Part shown: positions 18,658-28,142 of the stretch, in pieces | Numbering within the stretch: the first letter of the stretch is position 1 | How the letters are laid out: each line of letters begins with the position of its first letter | Translations under genes and position numbers: made by a program | Assembly (NCBI GenBank): GCA_039938575.1 | Contig: JBDUUJ010000079.1 | Location: forward strand, 10,067 to 74,066 | Origin: Nitrososphaera sp. | Lineage (GTDB): Archaea > Thermoproteota > Nitrososphaeria > Nitrososphaerales > Nitrosopumilaceae | DNA length: 64,000 bases | Direction of reading: 5' to 3' | The notes under the pieces: model-generated | The model's input: only the letters and a program-made list of their open reading frames with translations | Told to the model about the DNA's origin: nothing | The model's database searches: none

Positions 18658-18812
18658 CTTCATTTTTTAGGACCACCCAGTTTGTATTTCAGCTATAACA
18701 GGTGTCTTTAATCCTATTTCTAGTACAGTGACATACTATTTTCACATATTGGACGGCTTGTTTTTGTCGGACCAGTTGATAAAAATCGATCTGATTTTGA
18801 GTAAAATATTCA

Positions 18813-18977
18813 TCATGATCTTTTGAACAATTTCTTGACACTATGGATTGCTGTGTCTATTGGACACCATGTACAATATACATGGTGATTTTGTTTGTGT
18901 TTTTTGAGTTCATTTTCTGTGTTGAAGTTAATTTTGCATTCACCGCATACAAATCCAGAATCTTTTTGCGCAGTCAT
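18813..18977 (-). CDS. C2H2 zinc-finger micro-protein, 54 aa (not in ORF track)
   Basis: MTAQKDSGFVCGECKINFNTENELKKHKQNHHVYCTWCPID..; F-x-C-x2-C-x3-F-x5-L-x2-H-x3-H. Confidence 0.7.
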   Translation of the reverse strand: MTAQKDSGFVCGECKINFNTENELKKHKQNHHVYCTWCPIDTAIHSVKKLFKRS

Positions 18978-19125
18978 ACTTCAAGTTAGAACCACAGAAG
19001 CTAGATATAAACAGATTCTAAAATCGTTAAATTTTTTCTTGATTAATGATCAATCTTTTATGACTCCAATCTAATTATCATCATGAACCCTTTTTATTTT
19101 ACGATTTTAAAAAAGGTGGTGTCCC

Positions 19126-20364
19126 TTACTGGAAGGGATCTATGAATGGACAGTTAACAATGTGATCTTTATCCATCGGTCTTGCTAGGTTGACATCAAT
19201 CAGTCCTGCTTTTTTGTATGTGTTGATGTCATCTATAGTTTCAAGTACTGACGCAGATGACGGATCTTTCCAGCCGATCATGAAGATTCTCCACATCGGA
19301 CTGTAGTTTGGATCGCCTGGAGCGCCTACTGCAATCCCAGGCTGGAATCCCATTGGGCCAGTTCCTTTGATTCCATTCATGAACTGGAACAGATCGACTG
19401 CGGCCGAGTTTGCAATTAGCTTTGCCGACATTGGCGAGTTTGCAACACCCATCATTGTCGCAGGCATTTCAGGAGTAGCGTCAGTTACGATATAGTAGAC
19501 CGTTCTTCCATCTGGACCCCATCCTCTGTGTGCTACAAAGGTAACTGTCATTTTTTTGGTATCAATATCAAGAACTTGACCTCCTCCGTATTCAGTGCTG
19601 TCTGTGAGTGTTTTGTCTGCACGTATTTGGAGCTGACCTCCAGGCCACATAATTTGCGGCATGTTAATTACGGCCGGCAGCTCGGCAAGAGTCACCAAGC
19701 CTTCTTTCTGCGCCGCAAGTATGTCATCTTCTGATTTAAGCAGTTTTGCTTGTGCAGCATTATTCCACGTGACGTGAATGTGCGATGTCAATGCACTGTA
19801 CACTGTGGATTGTGCAGGAGTGCTAGTAAAGACCTCGCCTTGGAATCCATGTATGCCATCGCCTTTGATGCCATTGGTAAAGATGTATGTTTTTGATAGT
19901 GCGCTTTTTGGTGCATTTGCAAGAAGTGGTGCAAGCTCTACTTTCCATCCTTGTTGTTTGGTTATTATGTCTGCATGGGTTTGGTCGCTAGAGTCGGTTA
20001 TTATAAAGTAGACTGTTTCGCCATTATACCAACCCTTATGAAGTGGAATCGTTGCAGGAACATTAGCGCGTGACAGTCGTAACTTCATTTCGTCTTGAAC
20101 TTCGCTTGTTTGTTGTTGGGATTGTTTTGATTTTGCAGTAGATTGTTTGTTTATCGGTAATGGTTGGCTTGCATCTCTGGCCTCAGAACATAATCTGTCG
20201 CCACAAATTTTGTTTGCTGTCTTTGAACCATACTGATCTGTTCCAAGTCTTCCCGGCGCTTTGTTTCCCATGCTTTTAGCTGCGTCTGCTTCCACTGGAA
20301 GGTTAACTAATGCTAGGGTAATTAGCGGCAACATCAACAACAACGCCAAATATTTTGCATTCAT
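19126..20364 (-). CDS. Secreted protein with two internal repeat domains (DUF7482-like)
   Basis: Signal peptide; repeats 'HKGWYNGETVYFIITDSS..YSAL' and 'HRGWGPDGRTVYYIVTDAT..YSPM'. Confidence 0.75.
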   Translation of the reverse strand: MNAKYLALLLMLPLITLALVNLPVEADAAKSMGNKAPGRLGTDQYGSKTANKICGDRLCSEARDASQPLPINKQSTAKSKQSQQQTSEVQDEMKLRLSRANVPATIPLHKGWYNGETVYFIITDSSDQTHADIITKQQGWKVELAPLLANAPKSALSKTYIFTNGIKGDGIHGFQGEVFTSTPAQSTVYSALTSHIHVTWNNAAQAKLLKSEDDILAAQKEGLVTLAELPAVINMPQIMWPGGQLQIRADKTLTDSTEYGGGQVLDIDTKKMTVTFVAHRGWGPDGRTVYYIVTDATPEMPATMMGVANSPMSAKLIANSAAVDLFQFMNGIKGTGPMGFQPGIAVGAPGDPNYSPMWRIFMIGWKDPSSASVLETIDDINTYKKAGLIDVNLARPMDKDHIVNCPFIDPFQ

Positions 20365-20832
20365 TAGAAAACGATTGACGTTGCTTGTTTAAATGATTTT
20401 TTCCAGATCTGGGCAAATCTTTTTTTGTTGTCGAAAGATATTGTGTGCGATTCGATTCACGACTCTAGACATAAGCTCCCAGTTGTAAATCGGATCAACA
20501 ATTTTAAATTGTTAAAGAAATTTGTCAACTGTTTAATTTTTTCTTGATTGAATTTGTATGGTTTGGAAAAATCTTTTTATAAAAATCTTTTTGATGTCAT
20601 TGTTGACACGCAAATCAAAGAAACAAACATTGTTTAATGATAATTATCAGACCCTAGAATACATTAATCTCATATTGTGTCCCACGACATTTACAATGTG
20701 AATTATGAAACGCACAGATTGTAGATGTTTAACTACAGAATGTAGAGTAATCAAGTCACTTTTTGGTTGCTGCAATTGTACAGTGTTATTGCTGGTACGA
20801 AATCAATTTGTCTTAACACATAAATTAAATCG

Positions 20833-21486
20833 TTATTTTGTAGAGATGAGCATTTTTCCAAGTGTGTTAAGAGTTATCTTTGAACGTCCTCTTTCGAGCC
20901 GTTCAACATCTACTAGTCCCAGATGCACCAGCCCTTTTCCTTCCTCGTTGCCATGAATATGGTAGCTTAGGAGTGGCTTTCCAAAACCGGTTAATTTTGT
21001 GAGTTCTTCAAGACTCTCAGTTGTTCCACCTGCCTTGTCTAGAGCCTGTAGGATCTTGATTTTTGCTTCAGAGATTATTTCATTGTAGCTAAGCTTCAGT
21101 ATTGGTAGAAGCATCGGTCTTCCTTCTTCGTCTGTTCCAAATGCCTTGATCCCGTTTACAAAGGCGCACGATAGGGCGGCACAACCAATCATTTTGTCAC
21201 CTGCACTCACATTTATGAGCACTTGTTCAAAATTTCCTGCTTCTTTTTTTATGATGTCTGCAACATGTTCCATGGCGCTTCTTATGATGTCTGGTTTGGC
21301 TATCATCCTCAATGATACTGGCACTCCCAACGTAGTCTTAATGTTACGTGCAAACTCGTCAACTTCCTTGCTGTCATCCTCGTAATGAAGCAAGATTAGT
21401 TTGTGTATTGGAAAATTTCGAATTCCTGTGAGAATTCCTTCCCTGTCTTGTCCAAATGTAGCAATCTGCAGAGTTTGTTGAACCAT
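20833..21486 (-). CDS. CARF-like (Csa3/HFX_2341-type) domain + wHTH transcriptional regulator
   Basis: Rossmann-like N-terminus (IATFG, LILLH, LINVSAGDKMIGCAAL) and C-terminal 'SLEELTKLTGFGKPLLSYHI..LVDVERLERGRSKITLNTLG'. Confidence 0.8.
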   Translation of the reverse strand: MVQQTLQIATFGQDREGILTGIRNFPIHKLILLHYEDDSKEVDEFARNIKTTLGVPVSLRMIAKPDIIRSAMEHVADIIKKEAGNFEQVLINVSAGDKMIGCAALSCAFVNGIKAFGTDEEGRPMLLPILKLSYNEIISEAKIKILQALDKAGGTTESLEELTKLTGFGKPLLSYHIHGNEEGKGLVHLGLVDVERLERGRSKITLNTLGKMLISTK

Positions 21487-21522
21487 GTGTTCTGTAGCAG
21501 CGCACTATACTAAAGTGTTAAT

Positions 21523-21535
21523 TTGAACGATTCAA
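21523..21535. promoter_or_regulatory. Palindromic box TTGAA-N3-TTCAA
   Basis: TTGAACGATTCAA in the regulator/dsbA divergent region. Confidence 0.6.
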
Positions 21536-21628
21536 TTTTTACTTGAATTAAAGTAATTCGTGAATTGTTTTACAAAATCTTTAGAAATTTGGAAGAAATT
21601 TTTTATGTAATAAAAATCCGATGTTTGC

Positions 21629-22291
21629 GTGAAAAAACCGATCGTTGGAGTCATAGCAGCTGCCATAATCATCTCAATAGGTGTAGTTTATTCTAGCAAT
21701 CAGATAAATTTCAATCCTTCAGAATCCAACACCCAAAAAACATACCGTGCTATTGATACCACGTTAGGATCACCACTCTTTGGTTCAAGTACTGCTCCAG
21801 TCACAATCATAGAGTTTGGCGATTATCAGTGTCCGCAGTGTGATAAATGGTTCAAAACAGTTAGGCCGGACATTGAAGAACAATACATCAATTCAGGAAA
21901 GGCCAACCTTTACTTTGTTGACCTTGCATTTTTTGGGCCAGATTCCACAAAAGCAGCTGAGGCAACATATTGTGCGGCAGATCAAGGAAAATATTGGGAA
22001 TTTCACAACATATTGTACTCTAATCAAAAAGGAATCAATGATGGCTGGGCAAGTTCTGATAACCTCAAATCATTTGCATCTCAATTGAGTCTGGACAGAA
22101 CTCTCTTTGATAGTTGTCTTGATTCTGATAAATACAAGAAAAGAGTTGAGAAAAATGTACTGGAAGCAAAAAGAAATGGAGTCAGCAGCACTCCAACGTT
22201 CATCATAATCGGGCCAGATGGTTCACAGAAAATCGTTGAAGGTGCACAACCATTTTCAGTGTTCAAGCAGACTATAGATTCGATGATATGA
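21629..22291 (+). CDS. DsbA-family thioredoxin-fold protein, membrane anchored
   Basis: EFGDYQCPQC, cis-Pro STPTF, GAQPF. Confidence 0.93.
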   Translation: MKKPIVGVIAAAIIISIGVVYSSNQINFNPSESNTQKTYRAIDTTLGSPLFGSSTAPVTIIEFGDYQCPQCDKWFKTVRPDIEEQYINSGKANLYFVDLAFFGPDSTKAAEATYCAADQGKYWEFHNILYSNQKGINDGWASSDNLKSFASQLSLDRTLFDSCLDSDKYKKRVEKNVLEAKRNGVSSTPTFIIIGPDGSQKIVEGAQPFSVFKQTIDSMI

Positions 22292-22773
22292 TCAAAGCTG
22301 CACTTAAACTAGTCTACTCAGATCGTAGGTACATCGTAATTTCTGCAATAATTAGCATTGTGTTTTTTGTTCCACTTGCCATACTTGCAGAATACATCTT
22401 TACAACCCCATATCTTGTGCTGCATGTTACTTTTGATAATTTGCTTGGATTTGCACTGATTCTGATTGTATCAGCGATGTCGGGACTTGTAATTGGCATG
22501 AACGTGTACCGGATAAGACTGCTCCAACAGAGCCGAGCAAAAATGGGCGGAGGTTTACTAGGATCCATAATTGGTGCTTCCGCAGGTGCGTGTAGTTGTG
22601 GATCAGTGGGTTTTGCGGTAATCTCCACATTTGGAACTGTTGGCGGAATCGCAACGGCCTTTCTTTCAAATTATGAAATCCCACTCAGACTATTGGCAAT
22701 TGCAATACTTGGGTATACCTATTTCGCTACAACCAAGTCATTAATAGTAGAGTGTAAAATTAAAAAATCTTGA
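22288..22773 (+). CDS. 4-TM membrane protein with intramembrane C-S-C motif
   Basis: GACSCGSVG within hydrophobic segments; ATGA overlap with dsbA. Confidence 0.75.
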   Translation: MIKAALKLVYSDRRYIVISAIISIVFFVPLAILAEYIFTTPYLVLHVTFDNLLGFALILIVSAMSGLVIGMNVYRIRLLQQSRAKMGGGLLGSIIGASAGACSCGSVGFAVISTFGTVGGIATAFLSNYEIPLRLLAIAILGYTYFATTKSLIVECKIKKS

Positions 22774-22783
22774 ATTGTTCAAG
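22769..22783. promoter_or_regulatory. Palindromic box CTTGAA-TTG-TTCAAG
   Basis: 41 bp before TTTAATA (22811), upstream of the DUF3179 gene. Confidence 0.65.
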
Positions 22784-22833
22784 AAAAAATTTCAAGAATT
22801 GGAACAAGTCTTTAATATTTTCAAAGCGAATTT

Positions 22834-23949
22834 TTGGCGTTGAATCTCAAGTACACAATTGCGACTGTTGGTGGAGGAACAATCGTTGCATGGTTGGTTT
22901 TAGCTCTGTACATACCTCCAATGTTGCACTCATTAGAAGAAACTCGGCTTAGCAGTCAGATTGTTACAGATGTCAACTCGGAGCAGATACAGATTACAAA
23001 TGGCATCAGACATCTAGTGCCACTCGATGACATCAAAAGTGGCGGCCCTCCAAAAGATGGTATACCGTCAATCGATAACCCAGAATTTATCAATGCACAA
23101 GATGCCCAGTTTCTATCTGATGATGAGATTATCATAGGCCTGAACATCAATGGCGAAACAAAAGCTTATCCCTTAATCATTTTGGTTTGGCATGAAATAG
23201 TAAACGACAGAGTCGGGGATCTTCCAGTGGCTGTAACATACTGTCCCCTATGCTTTACAACACAAGTTTTTGAAAGGGTGATCGATGGTAAAGAAACAGA
23301 ATTTGGAACCTCTGGTAAGTTATACAACAGTAATTTGGTGATGTATGACAGAAACACTGATTCTATGTGGAGTCAAGCACTCGGAAAGGCAATAGTTGGT
23401 GAATTGACCGGTTTTGAGCTGAAACGAGTTCCATTTGATTTAGCGCGATGGTCTGACTGGAAAAAGCTTCATCCAGATACGTTGGTGCTTTCAACCCATA
23501 CTGGCTTTTCAAGGCCGTATGGCACTGATCCTTATGGTGATTATTATACAGATTCCAGAGTCATCTTTCCTGTAAAAAATGCCGATGATAGAATGCATCC
23601 AAAGGAGATAATTGTGGGCTTTGAAAACGAAAACTCTTACAAGGCATACAAACTCTCGGATATAGAATCACAAAAAATAGTAAATGATGTAATTAACGAA
23701 CAAAATCTCGTACTTGTATCAATTGCACCATTTAACGTAAGAGCATATGATGGTATGGTCGACGGCCAAGTCTTGGAGTTCACATTAGAAAGCCAGAAGA
23801 TTAAAGATGTGCAAACATCTTCAGAATGGAACTTTGATGGCCTTGCAATTTCAGGACCATTGAAGGGGAAACAGTTGAACAGATTACCGTTAAGTCCAGG
23901 ATTTTGGTTCGAATGGTTTGCATTTCATCCTGAAACCGAGGTCTACTAG
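22834..23949 (+). CDS. DUF3179-family protein
   Basis: GGPPKDGIPSID, WHEIVND, YCPLC, FGTSGKLYNSNLVMYDRNT, WFEWFAFHPET. Confidence 0.9.
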   Translation: MALNLKYTIATVGGGTIVAWLVLALYIPPMLHSLEETRLSSQIVTDVNSEQIQITNGIRHLVPLDDIKSGGPPKDGIPSIDNPEFINAQDAQFLSDDEIIIGLNINGETKAYPLIILVWHEIVNDRVGDLPVAVTYCPLCFTTQVFERVIDGKETEFGTSGKLYNSNLVMYDRNTDSMWSQALGKAIVGELTGFELKRVPFDLARWSDWKKLHPDTLVLSTHTGFSRPYGTDPYGDYYTDSRVIFPVKNADDRMHPKEIIVGFENENSYKAYKLSDIESQKIVNDVINEQNLVLVSIAPFNVRAYDGMVDGQVLEFTLESQKIKDVQTSSEWNFDGLAISGPLKGKQLNRLPLSPGFWFEWFAFHPETEVY

Positions 23950-23952
23950 TCA

Positions 23953-24435
23953 TTGAGATCGTTGATCAAAGCGATCTTATTTGGAAGTGTTACCATTTTG
24001 ACATATCTTTTGGTGGTGATAGTCACAACGCCTGCCCTCGATCCAGTAAGTGCAGTTTCGGCTGCCATCCAGCTAAATTCACCCATCATATTTGGAATGG
24101 GCCTGGGAGTAGGACTGCAGTTATTTCTATCCGACCAGTCCAAAAAATTTGGGTGTAGTATTGCTAAAAGAAGAGTGACGGGAGGTAATTCTGGCACTAC
24201 GGCGCTTACATCATTTTTTTCTTTTTTTTCACTTGTGCCTCTTGGCTGTTGCAGTTGGTGGCTGTATGTGATTTCGTTTTTGCCAAGCGTATTTGGTGTT
24301 GGTGTGTCTGCCAGTTTGATAAATTATAGTCAACCGTTATCTTATGTTGGACTAACCATCATTTTTGGGTACAACTTGACGATATTTTATAAAATCAAAC
24401 AGAAGCAAAGACAGACAAAACAATTGAAAACTTGA
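23953..24435 (+). CDS. Membrane protein with intramembrane CC motif
   Basis: 4 TM; PLGCCSWW; MerT/MerC-like Cys placement. Confidence 0.7.
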   Translation: MRSLIKAILFGSVTILTYLLVVIVTTPALDPVSAVSAAIQLNSPIIFGMGLGVGLQLFLSDQSKKFGCSIAKRRVTGGNSGTTALTSFFSFFSLVPLGCCSWWLYVISFLPSVFGVGVSASLINYSQPLSYVGLTIIFGYNLTIFYKIKQKQRQTKQLKT

Positions 24436-24609
24436 ACAGCCGGTAGGAGACATGCATTATGTGAACCGGCTGGCCAAGCTTTGGGTCGTCAGAGGCGTTA
24501 CAGTACGCTGTTTTTGATAGCCTTGAAACTATGCCAATCTTTGATATTAAAAAACAATATCTGCAATTTCCCAAGTTATTTTTTAACAGTTAAATCCCAG
24601 TTACGACTT

Positions 24610-24623
24610 TTGAATTGTTCAAG
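24610..24623. promoter_or_regulatory. Palindromic box TTGAA-TTG-TTCAAG
   Basis: 14 bp identical to 22770-22783; 41 bp before TTATAGA (24651). Confidence 0.65.
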
Positions 24624-24681
24624 TTGAATTTGAATTATTTCAGATCAAACTTATAGACTTTGAAAAGATTATGTCTCTTCA

Positions 24682-25932
24682 ATGAAACCACAAAAAATAA
24701 TGTTGTTTGCATTGGCTGCAGTTTCTTTGATGTTGTTGCCATTGCTTGTATGGTTTCCAGAACACGACGACCATTTAGCGTTGGCACAAAAGACACCAGC
24801 CACTAAAAACGAGCCACTTTCAGATGCTTCCAATAACGTTCAGGTCGATTTTGAGGTACCAAGTACAGTCTACGTCAACGAGCTGACTACACTCAAAATG
24901 AGAATAACTGATAAAGAATCCGGGGCACCGCTTTCCCACGTAGATTGGGCAATAGCTGTAAAGGATCCTTTTGGCAATGTCGTCTACAAGACCACAACTG
25001 CACATTCACACGCAGGACAAATGGACATCAATGTAGCGTTTCCAATAGCAGGAACAAACATCGTGTCTCTTACAGCTTCTTCAATAGGATTCAAAATGAT
25101 GGGCATGGATGTGCCAGCAATGGCGCGTACGCACACAGTTCTTTCAGGGGATATCATGGGAGGATGGAAGACAGATCCCGACAATAACTTTGGTACAAGA
25201 ACATATGAGTTTCCAGTGACAGTTCTGAGTGAAAAACAACTCAATACGATCAAGAGCTCAGAGGGCAACATGCTCAACTTTGAGATGGCAATAAATGCAG
25301 ACCAAATAGTTGCTGGACAGCCAGTAACTTTGGTATTTACTTTGACCAACGCCGATGATGGTTCCATGATAACACACCCAGACATGCAATTAAAGGTAAG
25401 AACCGGTAGTTTGGTGATATCGCAATCTGCCCCAGTCGATGGAATGATGGGAATGAACGGCATATACCATGGCCATACCGGTGTGTACACACTAACGACT
25501 ACATTTCCAAGGCCTGGCCTCTATCTCCTAAATGCGGATCTGAATTCGCTGCCGGTTTCAAACGTGCAGTTTGGACAGGCAAGCACTAGATTCGTGTTAC
25601 AGGTAGCAGATTCTACCAGCCCATCAGAGGTTGTTTCAACCCAGTCTACACCCGGTTTAAACACTGTCAACATAGTTGGAATCGAGTCGCCGTTCTTTGA
25701 GCCGAATTCGATAAATGTCAAAGCAGGAACGACTCTCACATTTGCCAATGTTGATGGCAACATACACACGGTTACCTCCGTAAAGAGCGGAACGATAGAA
25801 CCTGATGGTAGCTTTGACAGCGGATTAATGAAAGCAGGAGACACATTTACAGTAAAACTTGACAAGCCCGGTACATACGAGTATGTCTGTGTAATTCACA
25901 CAGGAATGAAAGGAACTGTGAATGTATCCTGA
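24682..25932 (+). CDS. Secreted multidomain protein with C-terminal type-1 blue-copper (plastocyanin/azurin) domain
   Basis: C-terminal H(TVTS)..C-x2-H-x2-M; two N-terminal Ig-like domains with His/Met patches (AHSHAG, MMGMNGIYHGH). Confidence 0.88.
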   Translation: MKPQKIMLFALAAVSLMLLPLLVWFPEHDDHLALAQKTPATKNEPLSDASNNVQVDFEVPSTVYVNELTTLKMRITDKESGAPLSHVDWAIAVKDPFGNVVYKTTTAHSHAGQMDINVAFPIAGTNIVSLTASSIGFKMMGMDVPAMARTHTVLSGDIMGGWKTDPDNNFGTRTYEFPVTVLSEKQLNTIKSSEGNMLNFEMAINADQIVAGQPVTLVFTLTNADDGSMITHPDMQLKVRTGSLVISQSAPVDGMMGMNGIYHGHTGVYTLTTTFPRPGLYLLNADLNSLPVSNVQFGQASTRFVLQVADSTSPSEVVSTQSTPGLNTVNIVGIESPFFEPNSINVKAGTTLTFANVDGNIHTVTSVKSGTIEPDGSFDSGLMKAGDTFTVKLDKPGTYEYVCVIHTGMKGTVNVS

Positions 25933-26110
25933 CCTTTTTTATTATCAAGATATTGCCCTGGTTTGAATTTAGTGATTTGCAACGCAAGCTAGCAAGTAAA
26001 AAATTCTAAAACCCAGCAGTGAACGGCAAAAAATTTGTAATATTTTGTACGATCCTCCAATTCAATAAAAAGATTTTTAACAAGTCTTCAAACGTTTTTC
26101 GCGTAAGGGG

Positions 26111-26473
26111 ATGCACAAGCAGCTTAGTCCAATAGAGATATGCAAACATGTCTTGAGTTTGGATGATTCGATTAGATTTGTAGGCAGGATAAAGGAGCGA
26201 AAAGTCATTGCGTTTGCCAGACACCCGAACAAAAAACCACTTTTGGATACGGAACTTGGGAACCTGGCACACTACCAAGCATCGGTAAAAGCAAGCATGG
26301 AAGAAATGTTTGATGATGCGTTAGGAAAGACGAATTGGATGATAACTGCAAAAGAAAAAGTCAAACTAGTCACCATGTTTTTGGATGATGGTCTTCTCAT
26401 ATTCTCACTTGAAGTAGACTCAGACCATGACAGGATAATAAAACAGATCCAAAATCTTAACATGCCGTTATAA
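26111..26473 (+). CDS. Thaumarchaeal sensor-fold (DUF6659-like) protein
   Basis: LSLDDSIRFVGRI..LG..W..KVKLVT pattern. Confidence 0.6.
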   Translation: MHKQLSPIEICKHVLSLDDSIRFVGRIKERKVIAFARHPNKKPLLDTELGNLAHYQASVKASMEEMFDDALGKTNWMITAKEKVKLVTMFLDDGLLIFSLEVDSDHDRIIKQIQNLNMPL

Positions 26474-26530
26474 AAAAGAGATCATCCAGAATAATACTGC
26501 CAGCCAAACAAAGTTCTGCTGAACGGTTAA

Positions 26531-26773
26531 TCAGACCGTAAAGTCGCTATCAAACATTCTCATGTGTATATCCGGCATCATAGATATGCCAATCAAAATC
26601 GGAATGAAAAATATTGCAAATCCTATGGCAACAAGTATTATTCCCAAAAGCAGACAGTTTTTTGCCCTTTTTGGGTCATCCTCTTTGATTATAAAATACG
26701 CAATGACTCCGCCTATCACATTAAACAAAATAGGTAGCAGAAACCACCAGGCACTACGCCTTCTAACTTCCAT
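26531..26773 (-). CDS. Small 2-TM membrane protein
   Basis: MEVRRRSAWWFLLPILFNVIGGVIAY..DPKRAKNCLLLG; ORF-track start lies inside ubiD. Confidence 0.75.
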   Translation of the reverse strand: MEVRRRSAWWFLLPILFNVIGGVIAYFIIKEDDPKRAKNCLLLGIILVAIGFAIFFIPILIGISMMPDIHMRMFDSDFTV

Positions 26774-26804
26774 GATATGATTTGGTTCATTGAGGTAAAA
26801 AACC

Positions 26805-28142
26805 TCACTTAACTGAGAGATATTTTTTGAGTGTAATATTTTCTTGCCCTGGTATACGGGCAATCTCAAATCCTTCCTTTCTTTTTGAAAGTGACTTTGT
26901 TGCATCAACTCCAAGCTTTGCAGTCAAAAGATTTTTTTGATCACTTGATGGGTCAAGGCTTGAGCCTCGTACCTTTTCAATTACCGTAAGGCCCCTGTCT
27001 GCCTGAAACCTTGTTGCCATTGCGTATTCTACCTGGACTGGATCCGAGGGGTCAATATCGTCGTCCACTACCGTGACCATTTTGAGGGAACGGTGTGACG
27101 CAAATGTCTTTTCAATTGCTTTTTTTGCATCAGACTCTTTTTTCTTTGATATCTGCACAACTGCGTGCAGCCAGTTGCATCCGCCGTCGCTCATCACAAC
27201 TCGTCTTGTCTGTGGCACAGCTTTTTTGAGTTCATAGTTGAGCTTTGCCTCAATTGGCATGCCCATAAGCAGCCTGTGCTCTGAGTATCCGGACAAGATA
27301 TCATGGAAGATGGCGTTGTTTCTGTAGTAGAGTTTTTGAAGCTCAAATACCGGCTGCTCCCTTGCAAAGTCGTATGTTCTGAGCATTTCGACCATCCATT
27401 CCTTGTGTGTTCTGTCTGCAAGTATTCGGCCCTCCATGACTATTTCTGCACCGGAAGGAACCGACATAGATGAATATGGTATCTTTGTGAGCGTGAGCTT
27501 GCCACCAAGAAGGCTGTTTGCTATCTCGAGTTCGTCTTGACCCCATTCTGCCTGGTATGCACCTGCAATGGAAATTGCCGGGTGCACGCCTACGGTTATT
27601 GCCACTTTGAGATCCTCGCCGTGCTCCTTTGCATCCACAAACGTTCTGTGCAGGTGCCGGCCCTCCACCATGCGTACAGAAAAATGCGTTTTATCAAGTG
27701 GCATAAGCCTGTGAAACGAAGAGTTTTGTGTCTTTTTTTCTGGATTCTTGGCATAAATTATGGACGAGGTAACAAATGGTCCTGGTTCTTTTTCAAAATG
27801 AGTCACAATAGGCAAATCTAAAAGATTCTTTGAGCTGTTCTCAAAGAATTTTGCATCAGATACTATTTTGGGCCTCTTTTTGTTTTTTATTGCCAGAATC
27901 ATTTTGTCGTGTATCTTTGGCTCAGTTGCACCGATTGCCTTTGCGAATCTATTTCTTGTTCCGACCAAGTTTGCGACAAGACGCAGCCTGCTTTCTTTGA
28001 TGTTCTCAAACAATAGTGCATTTGAGCCGTCTACTTTGGCAGTGACTGCAGCGATCTCATATTTAGTTGAGACTCTTTTTTTGATGATGGAAAGCTGGCC
28101 TGATTTTTTTATCTGATCAATGTAAGTTCGTATGTCTGTCAA
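26805..28142 (-). CDS. ubiD: UbiD family decarboxylase
   Basis: KYEIAA, VVDDDID, VEYAMATRFQAD, SLDPS. Confidence 0.92.
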   Translation of the reverse strand: MTDIRTYIDQIKKSGQLSIIKKRVSTKYEIAAVTAKVDGSNALLFENIKESRLRLVANLVGTRNRFAKAIGATEPKIHDKMILAIKNKKRPKIVSDAKFFENSSKNLLDLPIVTHFEKEPGPFVTSSIIYAKNPEKKTQNSSFHRLMPLDKTHFSVRMVEGRHLHRTFVDAKEHGEDLKVAITVGVHPAISIAGAYQAEWGQDELEIANSLLGGKLTLTKIPYSSMSVPSGAEIVMEGRILADRTHKEWMVEMLRTYDFAREQPVFELQKLYYRNNAIFHDILSGYSEHRLLMGMPIEAKLNYELKKAVPQTRRVVMSDGGCNWLHAVVQISKKKESDAKKAIEKTFASHRSLKMVTVVDDDIDPSDPVQVEYAMATRFQADRGLTVIEKVRGSSLDPSSDQKNLLTAKLGVDATKSLSKRKEGFEIARIPGQENITLKKYLSVK

